From Owenia fusiformis (lineage: Eukaryota), in contig CAIIXF020000001.1 of NCBI GenBank assembly GCA_903813345.2, forward strand, positions 12,524,001 through 12,588,000: a stretch of 64,000 bases of DNA, read 5' to 3'. Under the pieces are notes generated by a model. That model was not told where the DNA came from, searched no databases, and saw only the letters and a program-made list of their open reading frames with translations. Numbering within the stretch: the stretch's first letter is position 1; every line of letters begins with the position of its first letter. The translations under genes and the position numbers were made by a program. Shown here piece by piece: positions 42,001-56,037 of this stretch.

Positions 42001-45000
42001 TTTCAGTGTAGGAGTTGGATAAGTCTGACTAACTAGATTAAATACAAGAATTGGTAAACACTTACTGATACTACTGTAAAACTTCTCATATAATAGGAAA
42101 GCATTGACATTTACACAGTTGAATTATAGATTCCAGAACATCAAGACAATGGGGTGGATTAGTCCTTAGTTGACTGAACATGATCACAGTCCATAAACCT
42201 TGGCTCGTAATTAAATAAATCATTTGCTAATGAGAATTATATTAACTAATTACTTCCTCTAAACACTAACAAATGTCACACATTGGAAATTCTTAGATTT
42301 ATTGTTGAGGCAATAACTAATACAGGGTAACCAAAAATCAGAGATTGCTTCTGTAATTCAAAGGGGTTTCATCATTTCCTCCTTATGCTGTTATAAACAC
42401 ATTTGGAGCCTATGTCACAACACTTGCGCCAATAATTTACCCAGGTAAATTTACTCAGATTCATGAAAATGTCTTGGAGTTTAAGATAGTGGTAACTGCT
42501 AATTCTACTAATTCTAAGTTACACTGTACCAGTCTAAATATTTAGAGGACACTCTGTATTTTATAAGATAAGTCACATTACTCATTTTGAGACATGATGA
42601 ATTCTCAAGAAAGAACACCATCAAAGGACAACTGAAATAGCTTTTCTCAACTTGCAGCTACAAAAATGCGGTTTTCTCCATGGTAAGCCCACCGTAGAGT
42701 TCTTGCGATAGCCATTATAAAATAAATGTTAGATAACTGTTAACGGTCATAGATAATGAAATAAAACTAACTGATAAATTAAATTGGCCCCACGTGATTA
42801 GTAACGTCATATACAAAATATAGCTTTGGTTTATTGGTTCCATAGTAATCACAACGTCACGGCAACCATAGGATTGTTGTGTAAACAAATAACAAAAAAA
42901 CATTTTGGCATTATGGCGTCATGATCTAATGGACCAAAATGGGCCACGTGGGGACCAGTGCTGGAGATCACGTAGGGGCCAATAACGTCACAACCAATTC
43001 GAATATTGCTTATTAAGCAGCTATAACGTAGATCGTTAGAGTGAATTAGTTTTCACACTACTGATGAGAAAACATGTCCAAATACATCTATCAAAAAATT
43101 ATATTGATTCCTTTAGGTTAAAAATACCATTTCATATCTGCTTTAATATATCTATAAACCTATCAACATTCAAATATTTGCTAATCTGTTCCAAAATATG
43201 AATTTCTTGTTGCTCTAACAAAGTTCTGGTTTACTACTCGTACATACACATGTATCCTTACCAACTTTGTTGAGATAATTACTGATGTATGAAAATACAA
43301 AGCATAATAAAATTCTTATCAATCAGTTTTTTATCATTCTACTACTTTATGGGATGGTGATCTCCCCCACCATGTACTTCCTCTTAAATGAGTGATTGTC
43401 TTCGAAAAATACAACTGACATAGTGATGACATATCTCAGATAAGCACCCAATATAAAAATGTTTCTTTAAATAATTCTTTAAGTTCTAATTATGAGTAAT
43501 ACGCAGTTAATATAGAGGACATTTTCAATTTGTATGGTTGCCATGGCAGCAAATGTTCCCCATTCATCAAGATCGTTAGGTGATTTAGACTAATTCATAA
43601 GAATCAGGTAGAAAAAACGACAAGATATCCAGACTTGTCAGAATCCTTGCAATTAAGCTGAGAGATTAGAGGATGTGTTTTTCAGCTGAATAGCCAGAGT
43701 TAATGTAATAAATGGTGTTAAGGTCACATTTATATCATTATTGGATAAGAATGATTCCCTGTGCATGTTATATCAATATCATTTAGTGTTGACGGATATC
43801 CTTATTTTATAAGTTGACGATCTGAATCAAACTTCAGTTTATAGAGTAGAAACTGCTCAGTAGAACACCTCTGTAAGTAGAACCTGACAAGTGGAATGGG
43901 TTTTTAAAGTACTACAGCCTATGACTCTATGCTAATGAACCTTTGTAAGTGGAACACCTTGAAAGTGGAATATTCCGGACATTTTCTTTTGTCAATATAT
44001 TCTTATAAAAATCAGAGACATTGTAAAACATCAGCAATCTATTGTTAAAACTCACTTATCTTCTAATACAATATAATAAAAATATGTTCCAGAAATCAGA
44101 CAAGTATCCATCATCAATCTATTTCACAACTCAGGTGCAATTTCTGCAATATCAGAAAGAGAAGTTTTTCAAAAAGAAAGAGTAGTTTTTCACAATATGT
44201 TAAAATAATGATTTGAAATCTCAATCTTATTGCACAATACAATGGATATAATTTAATGGATATAAGCATTAATTCAGATGAATGCCAGTTTTGTTGACAG
44301 ATGGACAGACAGATGAACAGACAGCTGGACAGACGAAAGAGATAGTGATTCTATGGGCTTACATATGAAAAGCTGATTCCTCCAAAAATGAGGAAAATTA
44401 AATAGAAGTTTAATCAATAAAAGTACATCACAAAAATTCTCAAACGCACGACTTTAACTTATCCACTACTTATTAATTGTCTAGTAACATCCAAGAAAAC
44501 TATACATTTTCTAGTAATTCAAACATTTTACGAGCTCATTATCAGTGAAATGAAAGACATAGAGACAGCTAAATTGTCATTATTATTTTCTACTAAGGGA
44601 TGTTTTTCAGCTAAATTATCATCATTATCTTGCGGTTTGGGTGAAACAAGGGGAGAATATCATCACTTATGGTAAAGTATCATTTTCATCAAAATAACTA
44701 TAAGGTTATACAGCCACTCAAAACTGTTATTTAGTCCAAGGGCAACCCCAGGATTTTTTCGAGAGGATTGTGTCCACATGTAAAAAAGAAAAAAACTAGC
44801 TTGCACTTGAATCCTAGATTTCCACCTCTTTGCCAGAGCACATAGTTCTTTCATTCGAGTCTCCTTTTCCTCAACACCATAAACAAATTCCCGGAGAATG
44901 TTAAAATCATTTTGTGACTTTAATGTTATTTAATGTAGATAAGGAATTCATTTTGTACTTCTGAAACTGAAAAAGAATAAGATGATGATGCTGCCCCAGT

Positions 45001-45654
45001 GGGTCAAAATCATTGAAGAATGCACTCTGTAGGAATATTTCTTCAAATAAACTGTTTTTTGAATATAACTTATCTCAACTATATTCAACAGAAATGATAA
45101 TTTGTGTTATAAATCAACTTAGAAACGGTCCCTTATTGATGAACATATTAAGTACAATGGTATTCATTAAAATGTTATCTCATAAATTGCAGTAAAGCCT
45201 ATTGTTATCTGACATGAATATTTCTTTATAAATGGGCAAGGTAACTTCAGAATGTATATAATTATCATGAAATAATTCATCAACTGTTATTGTGACATTA
45301 CCTGAAAGATGGGTCTTCTGTATCTGTAAATACTGGCATGTACCTCTAAATATTAACATTTATTTGAAAATACAGTGCCTCTAAATATTGGCATTCAGCT
45401 GTAGATATTTACCACACCTAACAGTGTTCTCAGATCTACAAGATACGATTCAGAAACAGTAATAGAGAAATTCTAGATCTAATCATAGAAACCTTATAAA
45501 GAAGATGTCAACCTGAACTAAGCCACATGATAAAGCTTGTTGTTGTTTGTAATTATCTTTATTTTGAATGAATTGTAGGATATTAATATAGTGTAACATA
45601 TTGATTCTTGTAGTCATTTATTCTATTTTTGTTACATTAAGCAAAGATTATGGT

Positions 45655-47180
45655 TTCTACAAAAATGGCGGCCATTTTGAAATTAAGTGGCCTTCTTGAA
45701 AATGTTTCCTTGAGCAGAGCTCCTTTCTGTCTATACATCAGCATATAAAATTTTAACCAAATCTGTGAACTGGTATTTGAGTTATCAAAGATTACGTTTT
45801 TTAGGAAAAATGGTGGCCATTTTGAAATTCAGCTGCCATCTTGAATATTCCTTCTGATCAGAACTCTTATGTCCCAAGGCATCATCATATAAAATTTGAA
45901 CAAAGTCTGTCTACTAGTATTTGAGTTATCAAAGATTACATTTTTTACGAAAAATAGCAGCCATTTTAAAATACAGCAGCCATCTTGAAAATGTCTTCTT
46001 GAGAAGAGCTCCTTTGTCCCTAGGCATCGGCATATAAAATTTGAAAGAAATTCGTCGTCTGGTATTTGAGTTATTAAAGATTACGTTCTTTTACGAAAAA
46101 TGGTAGCCATTTTGAAATCCAGCTGCCATCTTGAAAATGTCTTACTGAGCAAAGCTCCTGTGTACCTAGGCATCAGTATATAAAGTTTGAACGTAATCTG
46201 TCTATTTGTATTTGAGTTATCAAAGATTATGCTTTTTTACAAAATTGGTAGCCATTTTGAAAAATAAAAGCCATTTTGAAAATGTCTTCTTGAGCAAAGC
46301 TCCTTTGTCCCTAGGCATCAGCATATAAAATTTGAAAGATAAAATACGAAAAATGGCTGCCCAGAAGTTATTCGGCCCTAGAACTTGATATCCTTTATCA
46401 TGTGTTCAAATTTGGAGACAATCCGACACGCGGTTTTCCTGAAATGGCGATAACAAGAATTTCCGAAAAACCTTTAAAATGGCCACCAGAAAACAAGATG
46501 GCCACCCAAAAGTTAATCAGCTCTAGAACTTGATATCCTCTATCATGTGTGCAAATTTGAAAAAAATCCGATGGGCGGTTTTCCTGAAATGGTGATGACA
46601 ACATTTATCCAAAAACTTTCAAAATGGCCACCAGAAAACAAGATGGCCACTCAAAAGTTAATCAGCTCTAGAACTTGATATCCTCTATCAAGTGTGCAAA
46701 TTTGCAGAAAATCTGATGAGCTGGCCACCAGAAAACTAATTTGGAGAAAATCTGATGAGTGGTTTTCCTGAAATGAAGATGACAAAAAAAGCAGGACGAT
46801 CAGGATAACGATCACGATCATGATCACGACGGCTATATCCCACCGATGGTGTGATAAAAAATGGCACCATTTTGAAAAACAGCAGCCATCTTGAAAAGGT
46901 CTTCTTGAGAAAAGCTCCTTTGTTCTTAGGCATCAGCATATAAAATTTTAACCAAATCCGTCAACTCATATTTGAGTTATCAAAGATTACATTTTTTACG
47001 AAAAATGGCAGCCATTTTGAATTGAGTGGCCATATTCCCGAGCAGAGGTTCTACCACAATAAGGCATAAGCCTATAAAATTTGAATCAATTTCGCCAACC
47101 GGTATTTGAGTTATCGCCTGGACGAATGGACTGACGGACGGCTTTCCTATTCCCCTCGGTCTTCGTTTGGTGAGATAATG
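45655..47180 (+). mobile_element. Composite HINE-like element(s) with internal tandem repeats
   Basis: ~145-bp repeats (aaaaatgg..gccattttgaaa...catataaaattt...tatttgagttatcaaagattac), a different repeat block inserted at ~46350-46860, and a GGAC-type microsatellite plus 3' stem-loop at ~47120-47180. Confidence 0.6.
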
Positions 47181-50100
47181 GCGCAATCATTTTGTAGCAA
47201 TAAAGTAGAAACAAGGCATTAACATGCAAAATGTCACCACCTGCCAATTGGTCAGACGACAACTGCCAAATAATTGTTGTAGTGACATAAAAATTATTTA
47301 TAAAACACCATGGGTTAATACTTAAATCACGCAGTCTTGATTCATATTTTGTAAGTCTTGGTTTCTGACATCTTATTATATCAAGATTATTGATGTGAAC
47401 CATGGTTCAAAGGTATTATTTTACAATAAACTTTAATTTTTAATGGTAAGTTGTATCACTTGTCTCCTGGGTATTTACCAGAACTTGTTCTTAGTCATGT
47501 TTCACCATGACAACAAAAACACACACCTAAGGAAACATCGTCCGATTCTGTAAATCAATAAATTCTGTATGATTAAAAAACAATGGTGAAATTTAATTAT
47601 GACGAACGAGTGTAGTATCACTTATAATATGATCCCTGTCTGTATATCAATTCAATGTAACTCATTCGGGAAAGATCCAAGTACAAAAACAAACATTGGA
47701 AAGGTTAAAATATACAATAATTCATAGAAGATAATATAAATAATTCAAACATATTAATGTTATTTACATTTATGCCAGGGTATGCATAACAGTTTTTATA
47801 GTAATATTATTGAAAAGTGTCAGTTTGATCCTGTAACTAAGGATGGAAGGAATTATGATCGATGCAGATTGTGGCTAAGTATGTCTCCAGGGTCAGGGTT
47901 CCGAGGCCTTTTTTTGTAGAGGGGATCAGCTCTCGTTTAGTCCCTAGTTGTTGATATGTAGCTTTATTGACTATATAAATCAAACAACCCCAAGAATCTA
48001 CTTTTATTCGTTTTTGTGTTGATTTGTCTCTGTGGTTATGAGATTCCAAATGGTTTTATTGGAAGGCCTAGATATTTAAGAATCAAGGTAAAAATAATCA
48101 ATATGGAAATTACATTTCATTATTGACAGTTGCATTTAAAACTATGAAAACCTTTTAAATTCTACCTATGGGAACCAAGTATCAAAGCATTGTCTATCAA
48201 AAAGAGGCCGGGTTCTTATAGTTAGAAACCTCTAGAAATGAAGCAGCTTTTAGTGCCTCTTTGTGAATTTATTGGTATTCTTAGGTAATATTCCGTTATA
48301 ATTCTGACAAAGACCATAAAGATGATATCTTCAATGCCATATCCTCCCGACTAAATGTATCCCTGATATTACCATGGTAACCATGAACAAAATCCCCACC
48401 AAACAAACACCATGACATCAAAAATGTTATTGCCATACCTTATGAACATTATTCAACCACGATCAAGTTACTTCATATTTTAGCTAGCAATTTCCTGATA
48501 TTGGCTTCATCAGCGCATGGACGCATAGAACGCTCTCTTGCTTAATAAACTGTGTAATCAAAGCAAAAGTGTAAATATGAATAAATTCTAGTTGCCGCAG
48601 AAGAGTGGGAACACGCTACTACAGTCTGGTACTCTATATCCTTGAGATAGTAATTTGATTCTGTGACACGAATTTGCATGTAAATATAAATTGCTGTATG
48701 ATATTTGTTTCTTTTTCAGAATTATTAAAGTAGAACGCGTATGCTGCAACAGCATAAGATTTCGTCAACTACTTACAAAAGAGGGAAGAGATACAATATG
48801 GCCACATTTCAATACTGTAAATTACAATAACCCTAAAAACTGATGTGAAGTTAGGAAAATATATTTGACTTAAAACTTACACAAGAAATCAATCAAAAAT
48901 GGATAAAAACAAGTATATCTAAACTGGGTTCTTAAACGCATCTAAAAGTTTTGAACTGAGCTGAAGCCTATGACAACACAATGCTATGCCCTGCAGCATG
49001 TTTCTGCCCAATAGAGGGCACTGAAGTCATCACTAACTGCAGTAATAAGGGCCTGGCTACAGTACCAACCATGATTGACACAAATACAACAATTCTGTAA
49101 GTATAGTTAAACACCATTGTGGGATACAGTCTCTGTTCCTTGGAATAGAGAGCTTTAGATAAAGAGAAAATCAGAATAGAAAAACATATCTCTAAGAAGA
49201 GCATACACACTGCTGTAATCAGGAAGACTTTTATCCTGGCTTTTTAATGTTTTAATTTACAAATACTGAAGAGCTCATTCAAATAAAATATAACAACTTA
49301 GCTTCCAATTATATAAAGTGTATTTTCCACTAATTGAAATGTATTGTTTTTTTAATTTAGAGCCCAAGGTGATTAAATTGTACAGAGATTGAAATATATA
49401 TTATTTAGAATTGAAATGTAAATATTACGGATCGAATTTGTCTGTTCAAGGTAAAGCAAAAATGGTTAAGTGTAAAATGTAAAAATAAGTATAATTTTAA
49501 TTAATTATGATAAAATGAGAGTATTCAATGTATAAAACAATGATATACTTAAATAACATGAATGACTTTGCAAAAGAGATATGGCATTTTCCATTGAAGT
49601 AGGCTCTTATACCAAATCAATAGATCATTTAATTTTTAGTTCAAACACTCAAGTATATCAGAAAATCACTATACAATATTTCATCAATCTCTTTTTTGAA
49701 AATAATATATTAGATATTCTTAATCTGACGGCAGTATCACATATGATAGAAAGTAATTACACTTTGTAAACAATATACATTTTGAGCATGACTTATTGAG
49801 GTTTAAAAGCTATTACACTTTGACAAATAGCTTGCTTTGGTACATGCATTATTCAGACCTAATTCATCTGCACTCAAAATAAATAACAAACCAGAATTGA
49901 ATAATGAATGTTTCACAATAATGAAGATCTACCTTTGATCAGATAAAAATGATGCCATGAGATTGTAATTTTTTATTATCGTAAGCCGTGACTTTATTAG
50001 TTTCTCCGCAAATCTTATGAACTAAATTATAGTATCTCAAAAGAAGATTACAATCTAAAATTTCAATAGAGCATGGCTCGTATCTAATAATCTGCTCACA

Positions 50101-51658
50101 GCATGTATATTTACAATTTTATTAATCAATGGGAGTCATGATTCAGCTCATATTCATTTGACACAATAGGAAAAAAAAGTTTATTCTACGTACTAAGATT
50201 CAATGAGGCAGCTACAAATAGAATTTTTGTTTAGTGCTTCCTTCATGGTTATTCTTAACCTCATTGGTAAAACATTCCATCCATTTTTTCAGAAACGCTT
50301 TCACGGATGTTGACCCTTTGAATTGCCTATGGACTTCGAGACTGGATTTTATCTATCCCACATCATTTGAGACTGAATACTCTATCTTTTATGAGTACTA
50401 GTATCTACAACTATTTTTGATGTTATGAGTATTCTCTATCAATTTTTTCAATTTTTCTTCAACATGTATTGTAATGACTTCAGTATGAATGAAATGTCCC
50501 TTGGTGTTCTGGTCCTGGATTGTGATATTGGTTCTCGATTGGAGGAGGGAGGGGGATGTTAGACATTGTTTCTTTTCATGTTAGATCATGGTTTTGGGAT
50601 ATATAGGGTCTACTTTTCTTATGACAGATTTACACTTACAGTTTGCTTTTCTTGTTGGGTTTCTTTAAAGTTTTTAGTCACCCTTCCCTTTGGCATTTGT
50701 GCTTATATATTCTATTTTTAACAATTTCTGCATTTTTGGAATCAAAACATCAAATTAAAACTCTAGCCACATGGTTCGAATTTTACAAAATATTTCCCAT
50801 TAACTGACAAGTAAAGCCCATATAGAATATTAGCTATTCCACAGTTAATGAAATATGTTGATTTTACGATAATGGAAAATCTGATTCAATGCTTAATGCA
50901 CCATTAGTTATGAGATAATTGGACTGCTACTCTTCAGAGCATGCCCAAAGAGAGGTTACATAAACTTTAATACCACGTATGATGTAAAATCAATGAAACA
51001 ATAGATATTCTGAATTCAAATAAGCAATCACGCTAACAACAACTTCCTTGTGTAATAAACTAGGTTCTATTATTAACGACTATTAATAAAACTGAATGAC
51101 TGATTCTAATCACAAAAGAAATATGATATTTCATGACCAGGAGAAATATGATATTTCATGACCAGGAGAATGTGCTTAAAATACAAATCCCTGATTGAAA
51201 AGTGAAGATAAAGTGACAATAATATGACAATGTGATACCTTTATCATATACATTCCAATTAATGAATGACTCTATCACAAGTATATGGGAATATGTCCCA
51301 GAAAATAGCAATACTATTAATGGTAGATAAAAGAAATTCTTTGTTTGACACCAATGCAAATTTTGAATGGATAAATATCCATGATTGTTTTTTCAATTTT
51401 TTAGAGTTCTAAGTAAAAATCAACATTCTAAAATTGGTTAAATGTTTACATAATTCTCATTTTGAAGTGAATAATTTGATATAAAAGAAACAATTTAGTC
51501 CTTTCTAGCTTATAAGAATCCCTTTTTATCTTAAGTTTTTTTAAACTCTTCCTTGAAATAGTAGAGGCTATAACCCACTATGAGTTCAGTGTCATTTAAT
51601 CAAAACTATGGAGAGAAATTAAATATGAAAAAATTGATAACATTTCTATGTTTTGCAG

Positions 51659-51927
51659 TGATTTGAGTGGGAATAATTTGGAGACATTGGGTACATCCTT
51701 AGATGACATCACAAGTCTAGTATCCCTGGATGTACGCAGAAATCCACTATTAAACAACCTGCCGAATATTTACCATCTGAACAACCTCAACGCCATCTAT
51801 ACTGACTATGGTGCCTCCTGCTGTATTTTAGAAATGACAATAAAAGCATTAAAAGGCGAGTATGATATGTGTGATATAGAGGTTATCAGACGCCCATTTG
51901 GAAATAATTCTATTCTTGATGAGTCAG
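51659..51927 (+). CDS. LRR-containing GPCR (LGR/RXFP/GRL101-like) exon: last LRRs and hinge
   Basis: Acceptor tttgcAG, phase 2; DLSGNNLETL..LVSLDVRRNPL (LRR consensus) then YGASCC (hinge, cf. YPSHCC); phase-1 donor at 51928 matches the next exon. Confidence 0.8.
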
Positions 51928-52881
51928 GTTATAGTACTTCTTGTTACATATAACCAGTTTGTCAAGTCTGGCCAAATAACTTGGCAAAATGTCCAAGAAG
52001 TTGTATTTTTCTCCATGGCTTGCAAGTACCTACCTTTATTGTATCAGTCATAAAAAGTAAAGAAATAAAACACGAGACAATAGGATATAAAGGTCAGATG
52101 TATCTTACCGCAATAAAACCTAGACCCATAAAGTCATTTAACTAATTCGCTACAATTTTAATAAAGCTGATAAATCCTCATACAACTTCAGCTGAATGTC
52201 TTCTTATTCTAGAATTGTTAGATGTAGAATGAGTTCATAGACATAAATAACTACTTCATTCTACAGATCTACTCTTTACTCTCAGAAATCATCTCTAAAT
52301 TACATATAATGATACAATAAAACGTGAATGCTTAAAGAATGCTGCGGTAAAAATGACCCATTCATTCTTAGACTATTGATTCTAACAGGAAAGATCATTT
52401 TTCACCTTACCTAAGGTAAACTAGACTTTCCAAGAAAAAGGTGAAGCTAATGTTGAGGTAAAAGTACAATTCTGTGTGGCAAACATGTTGTTATGATGCC
52501 ATGTGAACGTAAAGGTTAAAAACAGTTCAAGTTGTCCTTTTTCATATTGAAAAACTATTCTTGTAATACTACTCTAACCCTTAATATTTGAATCGCACTA
52601 AATAATAGAAGAATCAACATTGTCTCAAGTGTAATTCTTTATCTCCCATTGTAATGAATATAGCATATTCAATTCAAAGAAAAAAAAGATATTAACATGC
52701 AGAATGTCACCATCTGCCATTTGTTGGACACCCAACGCTAAACCTAAACAACAACTGCCAAACATCATCTACAAAAAGGCTGAAGACCATAACAATATGG
52801 GCAGAGAAATTCAATGAACACTTATTTTTCAAATGACATCCAAAATCATTTTCAATCTCATTTTCATACATATTCTTACAG

Positions 52882-53027
52882 GTATAAATGGGCAACAATG
52901 GGCCAAAGAGATCTGTAAAGCCACTGATCCTTATAGTAAAGGGGAGTGCAGGGAACACCTGTTAGATGTTGGCACCATTGGTCTGTATGGTTTAGTGATC
53001 ATCATTTCCATCATTCTAAACACTTGG
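52882..53027 (+). CDS. LRR-containing GPCR exon: hinge end and TM1
   Basis: Acceptor ttacAG, donor GTAAGT; (G)INGQQWAKEICKATDPYSKGECREHLLDVGTIGLYGLVIIISIILNTW. Confidence 0.85.
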
Positions 53028-53433
53028 GTAAGTGAGCTGAGACATGCCAACATATATGTCTTCTTATCAAATAATTAAATATTAAAATATATGTTGATAC
53101 TGATAATCTTCTACAAAACAGACTTAAAGATTATAAGGAATAAAGATTTGGCATATAAAAAACATTGATTGAAGAGCCTTTTGAAAGTTGTTTTCTAAAT
53201 AGAGTGAGTTCCATCACAGATGAGTATCCTAGACTGTGATAATAAAACTTGAATGCTGGGGGACATTGTTTCTTTTCACATTGGATTATGATTTGGAATA
53301 GTTGGGGTTTGTTTCCTTATGACTGGTGTAGACTTAAATGTTTGCTTTTGCTTGCTGGGTTCCGTAACAATTTCAGTGCTTTCCCAGTGGCCCTTGTGCA
53401 CACATATCTATGTTTTGTATATTTTACCTGCAG

Positions 53434-54360
53434 GTTGCATTTGTGATCTATGGTATCAGAGAGAGGAGGGCAGACCCTGCCACATTCATCCTGGGCCAGT
53501 TCCCATTCTCCAACCTACTGATGACCATCTATGCCACCACTATGTTCATCCACAGTATCATGTACTATGGCAATTATCACCACCACATAGACCACTGGCT
53601 CAACAACAGCCTTTGTACATTCATAGGCTACTTATTTATCACATCAAACTTAATGTCGACGTTTGTGTACTTTTTGATCATACTGGACATGTTTTTGAAG
53701 ATTGCCTTCCCGTTATATGAGCACCGGCACCTGACTGGGAAGAACTTGTACATAGCTGTAGGAATGTCTTGGGTCTTGGCACTAGGTATAGCTAGTATGC
53801 CACTCATGGGACTGGCTGAGTACAATGCCATCAGTATGTGCATCCCTATATATGCAGGCCGTCAACTAGGGATCAAAGACAACGACTACGTAGCATTCCA
53901 TGTGGCTGTGATATGCACAGCATTTGTATTAATAGTACTTCTGCTTGTTTTGATGCTACGTTCTGTTAAACGTAGCCAGACATCTCAGACGATCTCATCG
54001 GAGAATCAGAAACTGAGCCGTAATGTTACATACCTTATAACAGGGTATATCATCCTCTGGTGTACGATTATAACATGTATGATTATGAGTGTTATCGGAG
54101 GAGGGACTGGTTACACAGGGAGGGTGGCATTCTCCAGGGTCTGTGTTTTCGATACATTTACTAATGTGTTCCTGTATATTGCAACCAAGAAACAGTTTAA
54201 AGTGGACAGTAAAAAGTTATGCAATCAGTTGAGTCAGATATGTGGCTACAGATCACGCAAGGTTGCCCCTGGACATAATATGACTATCATTACAATAACG
54301 GCATCTACTCCACAGCATCACAACCCTACTGCGGGTACTAATAAAAATGCAAATTCATGA
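53434..54360 (+). CDS. LRR-containing GPCR terminal exon: TM1 end to TM7 and C-tail
   Basis: Acceptor ctgcAG, phase 0; successive hydrophobic helices with W...C(TFIGYL) in ECL1/TM3, IAFP, TM4 SW, ECL2 SMCIP and N.FLY, as in the class A LGR subfamily. Confidence 0.9.
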   Translation, partial: VAFVIYGIRERRADPATFILGQFPFSNLLMTIYATTMFIHSIMYYGNYHHHIDHWLNNSLCTFIGYLFITSNLMSTFVYFLIILDMFLKIAFPLYEHRHLTGKNLYIAVGMSWVLALGIASMPLMGLAEYNAISMCIPIYAGRQLGIKDNDYVAFHVAVICTAFVLIVLLLVLMLRSVKRSQTSQTISSENQKLSRNVTYLITGYIILWCTIITCMIMSVIGGGTGYTGRVAFSRVCVFDTFTNVFLYIATKKQFKVDSKKLCNQLSQICGYRSRKVAPGHNMTIITITASTPQHHNPTAGTNKNANS

Positions 54361-55880
54361 GGACTTTACCCTTTCGTGTCTCTGATCAGAGTTCTATTAA
54401 AAAGAAACATTTGGGTGTTTTGTAAAGGTGACACAGACCTATTTCAATATGGTGGACAATAAAGTAACATTTTCATTTCATCAAGTGGAGTAATGCTTGT
54501 AGGATAATTTTGACTCCAGTTTTTTGAAGGCAAAATTAAAATAGGTCATAAGAGATTTGACAATTTGAGCAAATCATGGCTTCTACTCCATTGAAAGAGT
54601 TCACCTTATTAAAATGGTACAACATTACATTTTTACCCCAGAACCTGAAAGACGTGGCTAGACACTGTAAAGTCAACATGGTATATCAATAAACTATTAT
54701 ACAGTATTACAGAAAGCAGTTAAAATTGACTTTTTGGTTGATGATATCCATATTCTGAGATTTATAACATATTCCCTTTTATATTCAAGAGTGTAAAGTG
54801 GATTAATGGAATAATTTTTCTCTGATCAGGTATTAACCTTAAGTAAAACCAACCATGTTTACTATAATAAGTAATAATTACCTTCATAATGTGGGTGGTA
54901 CCATAGAAACTGAACAACAAAGATAGAAATAATAGTACTTCAGCGACCATCAACTTACGCTGTATACATATTTGTGTAAAACGGATGTCCGTTAACCGCT
55001 ATCGAACAAAATTAGCCCTAATCTATATCTTTATATATACCTCGATATGCTTCAATTACATAATGATTTTCAGAGATGAGAGAGTATATACATTAAAAGC
55101 CACTATGGGAATGAAAGAAAAACAATGGTTATAGGGCACTATTAGTAGCCACAATATTACAATACAACACTGACCTATGAGGATTTTATAAGATAAATAT
55201 CTGCCAGTCTATGGTTGGAGACATACATGTAATGTGCTGATGGTGGAAACATTGATTCATATTCTTTGTCTCCGTGGACAAACAGTAACTTCCAGTCAGG
55301 TACATTAGCAGTTTCTTACAACACTCACTTAGACTAAGAAATCAATAAAATGGAAAAAATAATTAACTCTTATGAATTGGGATATCAAATGTCCAATTTT
55401 CTTCCTAAAATTAAAATGGAAATAAAATATTTATCAAGTATAGAGATTTTGTTTTGTTGACATTATGCGTTCTTTGCTTCTTGTTGTAAACTTTAATTTG
55501 TTAATTAATATGATGAATTTAATGAAGCAAACATGGAGTAAAAGGTGTTTCTAAAAGCACATAAAGTGCAGAATAATTTTATCATATTCTATATGAAATG
55601 AAAATGAATAAGAACAAACAGCTAGGGAAACCTAGCACAGTAGTGCCATCTTTTTTTCTATATTGTAGAAAAAAAAATCATGTCATCAAATTCATTGAAA
55701 AAGAAGTCAACTTCAGAAAAGCACTCAACTGTCGTCCAAGCAACTCATAGTATTCAACTTACAGAGAAATTCAACAAAGTATTTGAATTACAGAAATGAT
55801 TGGATAACATACAAGTTTTGTATGTTAAAATACTGTCATTAAATTACTGTTTCATATGTAATTTGAAATCTCATGCTTAC

Positions 55881-56037
55881 CTTGTGGATATAGGAAAGGG
55901 TCTCTCTTCTTCATGGCTCGACTTGTCCACCAAATAATTATTCCTGAGACAAGGTCTACCCCACTGTCAATGACACTAGATATGATAGCAAGAGAACCCG
56001 ACAAACCAGCAGCAATTGCTTTTCCAATAAACAATGT
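55881..56037 (-). CDS. Mn-CDF/MTP-like transporter exon (TM1 end, TM2, DSGVD); most 5' exon identified
   Basis: 157 bp; TLFIGKAIAAGLSGSLAIISSVIDSGVDLVSGIIIWWTSRAMKKRDPFLYPQ(G): CDF signature SGSLA..S..DS..D and YP.G; acceptor tttcAG, donor GTAAGC. Confidence 0.92.

Noticed and set aside
48720-50400. Candidate upstream exons of the LRR-GPCR after acceptor-like AGs at ~48719 and ~50292
   Set aside because: Short open frames without a clear LRR/LDLa pattern or convincing donors; cannot be supported without transcripts.
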